Shown in pieces: positions 13,010-26,449 of a DNA stretch of 64,000 bases. The DNA is taken from contig NC_043001.1 of the NCBI RefSeq assembly GCF_006345805.1, positions 64,666,001-64,730,000 of the forward strand, given 5' to 3'. How positions within the stretch are numbered: the stretch's first letter is position 1; each line of letters starts with the position of its first letter. This stretch comes from Octopus sinensis. Its lineage: Eukaryota. The notes below the pieces were generated by a model. The model worked only from the letters and a program-made list of their open reading frames with translations. It ran no database searches and had not been told where the DNA came from. The position numbers and the translations under genes were made by a program.

Positions 13010-13466
13010 TCTAAAATCTTCTGAATATTTGTCTGAATATTTTTTTCATACCTAATGCACCTACTATAATAGGAATTGTTTCAGTTACCTCTATTTCCAG
13101 ATCTTTGTATTTTGACAGTTTCTCTGTTGGTATTGATACATCGATTAGAAAGCATTTTTTTTCTTGGTAATCTCTGACAATTATATCCAGCCTATTGGCC
13201 TTAATTTCTCTGTGTGTATTGGCATATCCAGAGAATGGTTGCTTTCTCATTTTCTGTGACCTTTTCTGAAATGTGCCTATACAATCTTTTTTCTGTTGTT
13301 ATTCCATGGTGTTGGCATAGCTTCCAGGGTATATAGGTCCCAAATCTGTCATGTCTGTGAATATATTCTTTCTCAGCCAGGATTGGGAAACCAGAGACAA
13401 TATGATTTGTCATTTCTTCTCCAACTCCACATATTCTGCAGTTACTTGCATTTCTTTTCACTACAT
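13010..13466 (-). mobile_element. 5'-truncated Dong/R4 fragment (zinc knuckle and restriction-like endonuclease)
   Basis: CRICGVGEEMTNHIVSG...RHD; NRLDIIVRD...CFLIDVSIP; KYKDLEIE. Confidence 0.85.
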
Positions 13467-13495
13467 GTTATTGTTATTATTATCACTATTATTTT

Positions 13496-13858
13496 CACTT
13501 TTAATCCGCATCTTTGTTACAGTCTCTTGTTGAGACACACCCAGCATCATGAGGCAAGTGAAGGATAAGATGTTACAGTAGAACTGAAAGCTTGGGAAGG
13601 GGAGGTAGTGAAATATCTTTCTGTAATACAACACAGACATTTAAATAGTGTTTTTCTAAGGATGTGGGCAGTACTTGTCAGTACAATCTTTTGGATTTCT
13701 CTGAGACATGTTACTCCTAGGATCTTATCTAGATGTTTCTAATACTTCTTTTTTATCATACCTAGAGCACCTACAGGAACAGTTCTCATTTTAAGATGCC
13801 ACATCTTTTGTATTTCAATTTCCAGGTCCTTATATTTACTTAGTTTGTCAAATTCCTC

Positions 13859-13860
<2 letters not shown>
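13496..13860 (-). mobile_element. Short 5'-truncated Dong/R4 3' end
   Basis: KLSKYKDLEIEIQKMWHLK..VPVGALG then 3' UTR; bounded by (TAA)n on both sides. Confidence 0.75.
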
Positions 13861-13909
<49 letters not shown>

Positions 13910-13931
13910 GTTATTATTATTATTATTATTC
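13861..13931. repeat. (TTA)n microsatellite
   Basis: Direct. Confidence 0.95.
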
Positions 13932-15450
13932 AACATTTATAATTTCAGGTAGATTTATGCTGTATCACCTGCTACACTCCATGTTGCTGGAGTGTGTACA
14001 GCATTGTGTGTTTTTTTTGTTATTGGGGGAGTACAAACTCTTCCTGGTATTGTATTGCTTTAGTTTGTTTTGTTATTGGATTTAGTTGCAGTCTTTTGTT
14101 GTATGAGTGTTTGTATTGTGTATGGTGTGTATAATGCAAGTCATGTTCTTCTGTTGGTATTTGGCATGTAGAGTACATATTGTAGGGGTTGATTATCGTA
14201 TTGGATATTCACTATATGGAGTATGTCTTGTGTTTGTAGATTGTTTTGTTTGGATTGTATTAATGAACTGATAGCAGGACTATTTGGGGGATAGTGTGTA
14301 ATGTTGAGAGCTCAGATATAGCTTCTATGTTTTTGTTCATATGATTTTTTTTTTGTTATACCCAGTGCTCCAATTATTATTGGTTTTGTTTTCACCCTCA
14401 TGCCCCACATTTTGAATACTTCAATTTTGAAGTCTTTGTACTTTGTCAATTTCTCCACTTATTTGTGTGCAATATTTTGATAAGAAGGGACTACAATGTC
14501 TATGAGAAAGCAGGTGTTTTTTTTTCCATCCTTGATTATTATGTCTGGGAATTAGCTTTTATTTCTTTGTCAGTTTGAACAGGCTTATCCTAGATGATTG
14601 TAGCCTGATCGTTGTCATGTACCTTGTTTGGTATATGTTTATACCATTTCTTGTTAGTTTTTAATGTTGTAGTGTTGACATATTGTCCAGTGGATATAAC
14701 TACTTACTTAGTCATGTCTGTATATATATATTCAGATTTTCCAAGTATTGGAGAGCCAGATATGTAGTCAACTGTCTCATTATGCTGGTTGCACATTTTA
14801 CATTTGGTGTTAGGGCCTGTTTTCATTATTCTGCTTTTGGTCAGGCACTGATCTTATAGAAAAAGAAGCAGTTCTTCCATTTCTGCTTTTAGTCCAGAGC
14901 TTTTGAGCTTTTGTCGACTTTTGATTAAGCTTACTTCTCTGTCAAGCCTTGCAGGGTATTGGCCATGAAGTGATTTTTCTCTCCATTTCTTCTTTAGTAT
15001 GATTTGTAATTCTGTTTTCAAGTTGTTTTTCATCTCTTTGACCATTTTTGCTATGTTGTCATCTGAGATCAGTATATCAGTGTAGTTTGTTTCTGTTTTG
15101 TATTTTGTCACCTCCCTGTGTATAGAGAAAAGCATATTCTGGGGTTGCTTTATTCACTTTTTGTTTCTAAGTACTTTTCCAGTCCAACTGTTGTTATTTT
15201 ATAGTAGTTCTCTGTATGTGTCAGGCCGTGGCTTTCTTCTGAGCAAGGTAGATATATTCTGTCTGTATCTGCTTTGCTGTGGTCACTTCGGTATGCTGTT
15301 AATAGTGTTCTAGTTTTCGATTTCAGTTTCTCAATTCATTGATCTTTCAGTTTATTATGTTGATGCTGTAATTTATGACTGGTATGGCTAGCATGTTTAT
15401 CCCTTAAGCATTGAGTTCAGTGGTTAATATTAGTCTAACTTTTCTGTAAT

Positions 15451-17786
15451 TGTTATATCCTTATGGATAAACAAATACACTGCAATAGTGTAATAACAAT
15501 ATAATCAAAACAAATGGCAGTAACCACACGGAATGTAACAGCAATGTTTTAGGAATCAACAGTCCAACATGCTAACTCGAACTGCAAACTTTGAACCCTG
15601 ACTTTGGACTATCACACACGAACTGTGGAACTAACACTAACTACCTCACTTACTCAGACCGCTACTATTTATATGTAGTGGTCCAGTCCATTCTCACCAG
15701 GGGGCATCGTACTCTTGCACAACACCCCACCTTTTTAGATTTCATGTTCCAAAGGAATAAAGAAATTAAAAAAAAATTTTTTTTTTAGTATCTCTTTTGT
15801 ATTTGGTCTGCTTTCTTTTTTCATGCTGGTTCTACAGGATTCTACTACATTTGGTACCGGTACATCGTATATTTCACAGAATACTCCCATGGGAATTTCT
15901 TCCTGATCTTGGGTACGCCTCTTGGTTTATATGTCCCTTATGTTCATTGTGTGACCCTTTAATTAGATACATCATACTTCCAAGTTTTCTGGTAACAAGG
16001 CCATCTTCCCAGCCTTCTTTACCATTTCTATAGGTTTTGAAATGCACTTTATTACCTATCTCAATGTATTTCATTGGCTTTTTTGTATTTCCTTTACATC
16101 TATTTTTCTCTGGTAACAGCTTATCAAAAATGGATTTTATTCTTCATGCAAACATCACTTCCCTGAATTTGTACTTGGATTAAAGGTCACTCTGTATATT
16201 CTTAAGAAATTTGTCAGTGATTGTTCATCACTTAATTCATTCCTTGCTTTTCTTAACGTTCTCTTAAAGGTGTCCACAAATCTTTTTACCTGCCTGTTTG
16301 ACCTCGGGTGGTAGATTGGAGTGAAAATATGCTTTATTGCATGCCTTTTACAGAAGTTCTTGAATTCATACCCAGAGAACTGCATTTCGTTGTCTGAAAC
16401 TGGTATGTCAGGGACACCGTAACTTGCAAACAATTCATATAAGAACTTTATAGTTGTCTTAGAGGTTGGTCTATAACACCTGCAAACCTCCAGCATAGTC
16501 AACATGTAACCTAGACTATAGGTTCTCCGTCTCTGGATGTCCACTGTGAAGTGTTGCAATACACCTTTTTGTAATGTAGTTGGAACAGCCAACTCTTTGG
16601 GCATACATCAGAATATTGTTGCAAATTGAAAAACTACTGCGAATGGTACTTTTCTGTTTGCTTTAAATACAAGTTCAGTGTTTTCACTTACTTGGAAATA
16701 GGCTTCCATCTTTCTACATAGACCTAAATCCTCTGATAACACTTGTGGGAACATTTTTTCAGTTTTTTCTTCAGTTCTTTAAACATCATGTTTAAAATTC
16801 ACATTCTTCTGCAGTGGTCTATAGAGATAAATCCTGGTTCACTTACTCCATTTTCAAGAGAATCCTTGCCCAAATTTCTCTATCTTCAGGTGCTATAAGT
16901 CCTTGCATGAAGATATCCTGAGTGAGATCCTGGAGTTTGAAATTTTTGCATGTACAATTGACTGCTCTGGCATAGGTGATAAAATCATTCTCGTCAATTT
17001 TTGTTAAGTTCCAACACTCCATTCTGGTGTCGAATAATGAACTTCTATCACATAAAATTTTTGAAAGCAGTTCTACAATTTCTTAGAAACCAATCTCACT
17101 CAACTTTTGGGGCAGAATAAAGTTACAGTAACACTCATATTCAGCAGGAGTTACCTTGCATAGTAAAAGCCTTACTTTCTGCTCCTTCGACCATGACTTG
17201 CACTCATTAAAAATTTCTTTGTATCTTCTATAATATGTGGAAAACTTAATAAGCCTCCTCTGATTATTATAAATTCAGAAATTGCATTAGTCATACTGTC
17301 TGGCATAAACAAGCTTACTGGATTTTCAGACTTTGCCGACTGTAACTCAATTAATTGTTGTTGTTGTTGTTGTTGTAGTTTTTGTTTTTGCAACTCCTGT
17401 AGTTATTCCTGTTACTTCTCTTGAAGCTGTACTACTGCAGCTAATAGGTTTCCCGTGACACAGAAATTGTCAAATAACCAATGTGTGTTTCGAATGATTG
17501 TTGTCACCATATGTTATATCTTAATGGATAAACGAATACACTGCAATAGTGTAATAACAATATAATCAAAACAAATGGCAGTAACCACACAGAACGTAAC
17601 AACAATCTTTTAGGGACCAACAATCCAACATGCTGATTTGAACTATAAACTTTGAAATCCAACTTTGAACTATCAATACACAAATTGTGGAACTAGCATG
17701 AACTACCTCACTTACTCAGACCACTACTATTTATATGTAGTGGTCCAGTCCATTCTCGCCAGGTGGTACCGTACTCTCGCACAACA
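15451..17786 (-). mobile_element. Internally deleted Ty3/Gypsy LTR retrotransposon
   Basis: TGT..ACA LTRs 15451-15724 and 17512-17786 (about 33 differences in 275 nt by manual count); 5-bp TSD GTAAT; PPT AAAAAGGTGGGG; PBS-like TGGTGAC; gag-like 17172-17393 and integrase VSDNEMQF..YHPRSN 16155-16604; no PR/RT/RH recognised. Confidence 0.9.
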
Positions 17787-18334
17787 GTAATATTCTCTCC
17801 TAATCTTCTCTTTTATATCTGTGTGTAATTTAGCTTTTTTTTTTTTTTATCTATTCCTAGATATTTGTATGGGCAATTATGGTCTAATTATCTGATTTTT
17901 GTGTCTATGTTGAGTGCAGTATTTTCAGTGCCGATCAATTTGCCTCTTCACTTTGGGAAAATTTGCCCAGCCCCATGTTCATCCTGATGTCCTTGCTGAA
18001 ACTATAGACAATTTTTATAATGTTTCTGTTCTGTGGTATTTTTAGTGAAAAGTTTTAAATCATCCATGTATAGGTGATGATTTATTGTTTGTTCACAACA
18101 TCTGTAACCCATGGTGGTTTCATTTAAGCAAGTTTGTTATTGGGGTCAGAGCGAGAAAGAAAAGTAGAGGTAACAATGAGTATCCTTGGAAGGTATTGGG
18201 CTGTTTTAATGACTTGTGACTCATTTTTCAGTGTTATACTGGTTTGACCAGTTTGCCATTGCATAGTTGATATAGTTTAATAGTGTGCTGGTGCTACTTT
18301 ATTTGTGTGGCCAGTATCAATGAGTGTGGAACAC

Positions 18335-21300
18335 TGTTATGGGAATAATATTAATAATGGCGCACCCCTCCCACGTGATGAGTGGTATGTGATAGTCATT
18401 ATAAATACTGTCAGTCAGTGTCAGTATAGTAGAGAGCACAGAGATAGACAGTCATAGATAGTTGTGGTCTTACTTGTCTAATTATAACAGCTATACTAGA
18501 GTGGGCATTATAACAATCCAACAAAGGATTACAACAGTGGCAGTGAGGAATTAACAAACTCATAAGGAATTACAAAACTCACAAAAGTTTTTGTGTGAAT
18601 TTTACGATATACAAAAGCATATAATTATGAAAAAATTTTCGGCCAACAATTACTATTACAAGTATTACTAGTACAAGCAACAATTACTATTACAGTAACA
18701 AAAACTACAATTTAATGAAGTTGTCAGGAAATGCTGAAAAGATGTTCTTGCCAGGTTATGTTGTGAACTTGATAACAGAATTTAAGCATGAACCAGACAA
18801 AGGAGTTACCTTCAAAGGCATACTATAGAAGATACTAGCAAATCTTCGATAAAGAGTGCAAAGATTGGGTTTACAATACGAAAACGCGTCTTATCTTAAG
18901 AAAACTGGTAGCAAGAGAACATGAGCATTACAGCAATTACATACTCCTGAAAGCTCTTTCTGACATAAACTTTAAAGCTACAAGAGATACTGTGTAAAAT
19001 TTTTAGTGAGAAAAGCTTGTTGTTCAATACATGTTAGAATTGCTTGAACCTAGAAAAGAACAACAAGGAGGACTACATCACATATGCTAGTAGAGTTAAC
19101 AGAGAATGTGAGAAGCTCAAACTAGATGAATTAACACCACATTATGTTCCAGTGCCTAACTGCAGTGAAAGACACATAAGTAAGAACAAGAATTCTTGCT
19201 AAGCTGGAACAAAACCAAGCTGTAACCTTACAACAAGTGTCAGAAAAGTATGAAAGAATAGTAAATTTAATACACAACACAGAGAAAATAACATAAAGAT
19301 TGCTCCCAAGTGAAACAAATGCATCGGAAGATACAAAACAAGCAGAATAGAATGCAAGTGTGTGCTAAAATACATTACAAACATGACAAAAATCAGGAAA
19401 TAAATCTATGTTTTGCATGTGGAGGTCTACATCTGAGAAAAAACTGCCCATTTAAGAAAGTGGGATGTTTCTGTTGTGGATAAATTGAACATGTAAAAGT
19501 GCACTGTAAAACCAAGATGACAAAAACATTGGAACAAACAAAGAAGAATAAACAAGAATAAAAAAGAAAATGGTAATGTAACAAAGAGGAAATTTTAAAT
19601 GTGGAAATTGAGAATATAAGAGTCAAAATGCAGTTAGACACTGGAAGTGATATTACCATTGTGAATGAAGAAACTTGGAAGTCTATCAGTATGCGAAAAT
19701 TAAGTAACACATGGTGTTACGGATAAAAGATTATATTTTGTTGGTGAATTTGTGTGTAATGTGACATTTTGTGACCAAAAGAAAATGGCAAAAGTATATG
19801 TGTTAAAAAATTTAGTAAATCTATTCAGCACAAAGTGGATGGGACTGTTCAAATTGTGGAATACACCCATAAGTGCTTTGTGTGGGAATATAGTTGGTTC
19901 AGTTGAAGGTTTGAATGTGGCTGAGGGATTGAAACAAAAAATATTTATTTTCAGATGTTTTCTCAGAAGAACTGGGCTGCTGCATGAAAATGAAGGTAAA
20001 AATTGTAGTAAAACAAGTGCAACACCTTTATTTAAGCCAAAACAGAATGTAATGTTTGTGGCAATAGAACAGGTAAATAAGGAACTTGAAAGCCTAGGAA
20101 TAATCGAGAAGATGGACTGCTCAGATGAGGCAGCACCTACGGTCTACATAAAAAAGAAAAATAATAAGTTGAGCTTGTGCAGATTTTTCAACAGGGTTGA
20201 ATGATCACTTAATCTCACATAATTGCCCGTTACTGAGTACTGAGGAAGTGTTCACAAAATTGAACGGAGGGAAAATCTTCTCAAAATTAGACCTCTCAGA
20301 GGCATATCTACAAATTCAAGTAGAAAAAGAATGCTCACACTTATTAATCATTAATACACATCATGGCTTATTTAAATTTAAGTGGCTTCCCTTCAGTGTA
20401 AAAGTGGCTCCTTCCATATTTCAGCAAATAATGGATACAGTGTTGGGTGACTGTGATTTTGCTATCACCTATTATAATATCATAATAAAAAGCAAATCAC
20501 ACAAACAGCATATCATAATAAAAAGCAAATCACACAAACAGCATGTAGAATACATTAAAAAGGTATTGAAAAAGATTAGAGAATATGGCTTCAAATTAAT
20601 GGGGAAAAATGTGAGCTCTTTCCGAAAAAAATTTTATATTTGGGCCAGATAATAGATGAAAACGGACAGCATCAAGATCCATCCAAAGCAAATGTGATAA
20701 AAATATGCCTACACCAAATAATGTGACTATGCTACAAGCATTTTTGGGTTTAGTAAATTATTATCAGATTTACATTCTCAATATACATAATGTAAGGGCC
20801 CTGCTATATGATTTGTTAAAGAAAAATGTAAAATGGTGCTGGACTGATAAGTGCCAGAAGGCATTTGACAAGTTAAAAAATGTTTTAACACTGGACTTAT
20901 CGTTAACACATTTTGATCCAAAGTTGGATATTATATATTGGCTACAGATGGAAGTGATTGCAGTGTAGGGGCTGTGCTTCTGCACAAATATTATGATGAG
21001 AGTAAAAAGGCTATAGCCCATGCATCACGATCATTATCACCACCAGAAAAGAACTATAGCTAAATAGAAAAGGAAGCATTAAGAATCATATTTGGTGTGA
21101 AAAAATTCCATAGATTTATTCATGGAAGAAGTTTCTGTCTACAAACAGACCATTGCCCACTACTGTCAATATATGGTTCTAAAAAAGGAATACTAACACA
21201 CACAGCTAATAAACTACAGCAATGAGGCACTATGTTGTTGAATTATGATTACAAAATGGAATATTTACCATCAAAAAACTAAGGCATGCAGATGGTTTAC

Positions 21301-22886
21301 CCAGACTGATACTAAGGAGAAATAAAAAATGTAGTGTGGAATGTGATAAGTGAATTACCTGTAACCCTAGAAGACAAAACGGAATGTAGTAAAGGACAAA
21401 TTCATAGCAAAAATGAAAAGAATACTGTGGTCAGGAGAAGTAAATAGGAATGGGATTGAGGTGAAACAAAACCAAGATGTGAACCTATACTCAATTTGTG
21501 ATGGCATACTGATGTATGCACAGAATGTAGTAATACTTGAAACACTGCAAAAGAAAATGTTGAGGGAATTCCATGCTGAACATCCTGGTATTTCGAGGAT
21601 TAAAGCTTTAATGAGTAGCTACATCTACTAGCCAAAAATGGATTCAGAAATCGAAAATTTAGTGCAAGGCTGTAGAGGATGTACTCTAGTGCCAAAATTA
21701 CTAATGATAAAAAGTGAACCTTGGCCAAAAGTAGATGTGCCATGGTTGAGACTATACATTGATTTTGCTGGTTCTTTAAACGGTTCATACTACTTAGTGG
21801 TAATGAATAGTTTCTCTAACTGGCCAGAAATTTGTAAGTGTAAAAAGCCAACCTCCTCAACTGCAACAAATTTTTTACATGAGCTGTTTGTGAGATTTGG
21901 CATTCCAGTTGTGATAGTGTCTGATAATGGAATGCAATTTGTCTCTTTTGAGTTTAAAAAGTTTTGTAAAATGTTTACTGTACCGTTCTAGATCTAACAG
22001 ACAAGCAGAATGCTTTGTCAATATATTCAAGAGAGCCCTAATAAAGTTGAATAAGGAAGTCACGGATGAAGTAGCTCTACAACAATTCTTAAGAGTATAC
22101 TGTATGACACCAAACTCAAATATGCTAGTAGGTATGTCATCAGTGGAGCTGATATTTGCAAGGAAAATTAATTCAATCTTTGACAAATTGTTACCTGGCA
22201 AGAAAAGAAAAATTGCAACAGATAATACAGTAAGATATTTCAAAATAGGTGAAAATGTATTTGTTAGGGAATATAAGAAGGAAAAACAAAGTTGGGAAGA
22301 TAAGAAGTAGGGCATATAAGAACAGAAACAACATTGGCATGATTACCAAATGCATAGGTAAAATGCTGTACTTGGTAAAAGGAAGAAAAGGGGTATACAG
22401 GAGACACATGAACCAACTGAAGAAAAGATTCATTGAGAGAAAACCCAAGAGAATGGAAGAACCAATAGAATGGTTATATGTTACTTTTCAAGTACCAATG
22501 CCACTGCAAATAATTGAACCCTGATGCACAAGCATAAGAAAAAGAAAATGTACGAAGTTCCTGGAAGTGGATGCCAAATGCAAAAAGTATTGACTGTGTA
22601 ACTATATTGGGAAAAAGGGTGGTGGGGTGATGTAAAAATTATTGCTCTTAAAAGAAATAAAATTACAAAAGGAAATTTTATTGGGATAATAGTAATAATG
22701 GTATTCCACCCCCCCCTTCCATGTGACAAGTGGTATGTGAGGTCATTATAAATATTGTCAGTCAGTGTCACTATAGTAGAGAGTATAGAAGTAGATGGTC
22801 ATAGATAGTCATGGTCTTACTTGTCTAACTATCCATACTGCTATACCAGAGTGGGCATTATAACAATCTGACACAGGATTACAACA
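18335..22886 (+). mobile_element. Full-length decayed Ty3/Gypsy LTR retrotransposon (gag-PR-RT-RH-IN)
   Basis: LTR 18335-18536 matches ~22676-22886; TSD AACAC/AATAC; PBS-like TGGCAGTGAGG; CCHC knuckles ~19410-19505; protease LDTGSD ~19635; RT KLDLSEAYLQ (20197-20652); integrase IDFAG..VSDNGMQF (21638-21991). Confidence 0.92.
20478..20543 (+). repeat. 33-bp in-frame tandem duplication in the Gypsy RT next to the decayed YxDD motif
   Basis: TATCATAATAAAAAGCAAATCACACAAACAGCA x2 (IIIKSKSHKQH x2). Confidence 0.9.
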
Positions 22887-23534
22887 AATACTGTCAAAAG
22901 CTTTCTGATAATCAATTCATGTTGCGGTTTGTCTTTCCCTTCTTATAGTTTTCTGTAATGGCTCAGTTTAAAAGAAGCTGCTCTTTACAACCATACATCC
23001 CTCTCCAGCACCCCTTTTGTTCTTCTAGTAAAACGTTCTTTTTCAGGTGTATAATAAACCAGTTATAGATGACTGACATGAGGGTTTTGTAGGTTGTTGA
23101 CGAGTATGTTATTGGCCTATAATTTTGTGGGTGTATGGTGTCTTTGTTTTGGGGAATTTGAGTGGGTTGTCTTTCCAGCATCCAGTTTGCTGTTGATTCT
23201 GGTTTGCTTATTATTAAATACTGCCACTATATGATTGTGGTTACTGATGAGGTGTTTCAGTCAGAAGTTGGCAACCTTGTCTTTCCTTGGAGTTTTCCAG
23301 TTACTGGTAGTCCTCAATGTGTCCATAATCTCTTGGCTTGTGATAGTGAGCCATACATGAGGTGCTATTTTGCTCTTCCTTTCCTTTACCCTATTTATCC
23401 ATTGAGCATTTTTGTTGTGTTGTTCATGTCTGCTCCATATTTCTTCCAAGTATGACTGAATCTCTGATGTTGTTGGTATGCCATCTATTGATGTGATTTT
23501 TGTTTAACTTCTTTTATTTGTTTCTGTCTTCTGA

Positions 23535-23805
23535 CTGCAGTAATGCTGGAGCACTGCCATGAAGGGATTTTTAGTCAAACAAATCAACCCCAGGACATAT
23601 TTCTTAAACTTAGTACTTATCCTATCAGTTTCTTTTGCCAAACCATTAAATTACAGGGATGTAAACACACCAACACCAGTTGTCAAGCTGTAATGGGGGA
23701 ACAAATGCAAACACAGACATACACACTTAGATACATACATACATACATACATACATACATACATACATACATACATACATACATACATACATACATACAT
23801 ACAAC
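23535..23805 (+). mobile_element. SINE-like insertion with (TACA)n tail
   Basis: Non-R4 block splitting the R4 ORF and ending in (ACAT)n 23730-23803; resembles abundant cephalopod SINE sequence (recognition from memory). Confidence 0.6.
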
Positions 23806-24139
23806 AGTTCTTAATTTTATTTATTATGCTCTATTTCCATTTTGGGGTTTGAGATTTGGCTGAGTTTTTTTTTTATCTTCATGAAGGTTAAGCATGACCC
23901 ATACCTTTTGATCTTTGCAGCTTTGGCAAGTACCTTTTGTTTCAGCTCTTCAATTACTGTAGTTATCTTCTTTCTCTTGATATTGTATTTTCCTGTAAGT
24001 TGTTCTATCTGTCCCTTTTTTCTTAATTCACCTTCTTTTTCCTGTTCCAGAATATTAATATCTTTCCTAAGCATTTTGATGTCTCCTTCTATTCTCATTT
24101 TCCATCATGGTTCCTTGATCTGCTTTTGTGTAGTCTGTT

Positions 24140-25560
24140 AGCTGCAACTAGGGTAAAGGTGATGCCTTAAATAGAAACAACTACAGAGGCATCAAACTAC
24201 TGGACCAGGCCATGAAAGTTACAGAGAGAGTTATAGCTCTATTGATTAGGAATAGTATTAAACTAGATGAGATGCAGTTTGGTTTTGTTCCTGGGAGGAG
24301 TACATAGATGCAATCTTCTTAGTGAGACAGTTGCAAAAAAAGTACTTGACCAAAAGTAAACCATTGTACTTAGCTTTCATCGACCTGGAGAAAGCTTTTG
24401 ACAGAGTTCCCCACTGTCTCTAAGGAAGTCAGGAGTTATGGAGCTTGTTAGAGCTGCGAAAACCATGTACAATGGTGCTGTCAGTAACATGAGTCAGTCA
24501 TGAATACAGTGATTAATTTAGCATACAAGTAGGGGTTCGCCAGCACTCAGTTCTTAGTCCACTCTTATTCATCATAATCCTCCAGGCTATAAAAAAGGGA
24601 TCCAAACTGGATGCCCATGGGAACTGCTATATGCTGACGATCTAGCTCTTATTGCAGAATTTGAAGCAGAATTGGAGAAGAAACTCCAAATACGGAAACA
24701 AAACCTTGAATCAAAGGGCCTTAAAGTTAACCTTGCAAAGACTAGAGTTCTTGTTAGCAAGAAAGCAAATAAGACTGTCTTTCCATCAGGTAAATGGTCT
24801 TGCGCAATATGTAGGAAAGGTGTGAGACATAATTCCATTTGCTACATCTAGTGTAAGTAATGGATGCTTAAGAGATGCAGTAGAATCACAGGCAGATTAA
24901 CAGATAAGGTTGCCTTCATATGTGGCAGATGTGCAGAAACAATAAACACTAAGAGCATGTGGGGCTTAGACTCTCTCAAATGCTCAGGAGGCTCTCTTGG
25001 GGTAGAAGATAGTTTCTGTTTCTAAGGTGACCAAATTAGTAATGGTGGTGGATGCTCTGAAAGTATTGTTTCTAGAATAAGAATAGGTTGGAGGAAGTTC
25101 AGAAAACTACTACCTCTGTTGGCAACAAGAAGTCTCTCACTCAGATTGAAAGGTAGATTGTATGATGCTTGTGTATGAACAACTATATTCCATGGTAGTG
25201 AGACTTGGGCCCTGAATGTGGAGGACATGCACAGACAAGGGAGGATTGAAGGTTGTATGTTGCACCTGATGTGCAACATCAGTGTACATGAATGACAAAG
25301 CGCAACTATGTTGAGAGAAAAGTTGGGCATAAGAGAAATTAAATGCAGCATGCAGGAGAGGAGACCATGTTGGTTTGAAGATGTGATGTGTATGAGCGAA
25401 GACAGCTGTATAGTGCCAGTCACTGAAAGTGGATGGTACCTGTTGGAGAGGGATGACATGGATGAAGTGGTGATGACCAATCTCGGGATGTTAGGGTTTA
25501 TGGAGGAAATGACAATAGACCGAGATGTCTAGCACTATGAGGTTCCAGAGAAGATCCTAC
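24140..25560 (+). mobile_element. Decayed RTE LINE RT and C-terminus
   Basis: NYRGIKLLDQ, FIDLEKAFDRV, ELLYADDLALIA nucleotide motifs; collinear with the 37-41 kb copy. Confidence 0.88.
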
Positions 25561-25969
25561 CTCATCAGCAAAACTGAGTGCTAGAAGCATTGTCTCACCC
25601 ACACATATCAATAGAATTTTCACACACCCTATCCCTAGAGTACAAACTACATCTTTCTGAAACTGCATCTTTTCTCTTCTTCACATTTCCTCTTCATATA
25701 CTATGATTGTCTCCCATTCCCCATCCCTGCCTTTACTACCCTGCTCACTGTATTGCTGCTTTGCCCATCCCCTTCTTTATACCCAGGTTCTAACCAGTCA
25801 CTGCAACCCCTACCCCCACTCCCTATTTGCACCTTCTTGGCAATACCTGGCCATGTATATTATGACCCTGTACTTTGAGGGTATACCTTGGCAATTGCCA
25901 CTATTTATTTCTGTCTTCCATCTATGCTCTGAACCCCATTCCTTGGGTGTATACCCTGGCACTTCACTA

Positions 25970-26007
25970 TCATCTCTCTCCTACTCTCTCTTGCACTCTT
26001 GCTGTCT

Positions 26008-26055
<48 letters not shown>

Positions 26056-26220
26056 CTAGTAACCAAGTCTCTCCTTTACAGCAGCACATATGTTTCTGTC
26101 CTCTTTCTTGTTACCTCTCTCTCTCCCTCTCTTTCTCTCCCCCTCTCTCTTTCTCTCCCCCTCTCTCTTTCTCTCTATCTCTTTCTCTCTCTCCCTCTCT
26201 CTCTTTCTCTCTCTCTTGCC
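25970..26220. repeat. (CT)n-rich tract
   Basis: Direct. Confidence 0.85.
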
Positions 26221-26449
26221 CAAGTAACCATTTACCTCCTCTATAGCAAGAGACCTGTTTCTGCCTCTTGTTTCTCTGTGTCACTCTACTCTTTCATCGT
26301 CTGACACAAAATCACCTCCTCCAATGCCCCCTCCCCTCTCAAAATTCTTTGTCTTGCAAGTTGCTTGGTGAGTCTGTTGGTGCTGGTGCCATGTAAAAAG
26401 TATCCAGTCCACATTGTGAATGTAGATACTTACAACACTGATGAGATTG

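Larger units (their letters stand above)
9390..13010 (-). mobile_element. Dong/R4 LINE copy split by an RTE 3' fragment
   Basis: YMNDLKLFS...GMEFGIDKCA...YKYLGVLES (10041-10322); CMLCKSKEESVTH zinc knuckle near 9400-9450; removing 10846-12140 restores KG-NVASNYRPITCLPL. Confidence 0.85.
13940..24140 (-). mobile_element. Long Dong/R4 LINE interrupted by two LTR elements and a SINE
   Basis: R4 segments ~13940-15450, 17787-18334 (HLYMDDLKLF), 22887-23500 (NYRPIT...EEQKGCWRG) and 23805-24140; excising the insertions restores EKIRREYYRKVRLIL and DYQKAFDSVPHS. Confidence 0.85.

Noticed and set aside
13739-13936. Poly-Asn ORF
   Set aside because: (AAT)n microsatellite fused to an R4 fragment.
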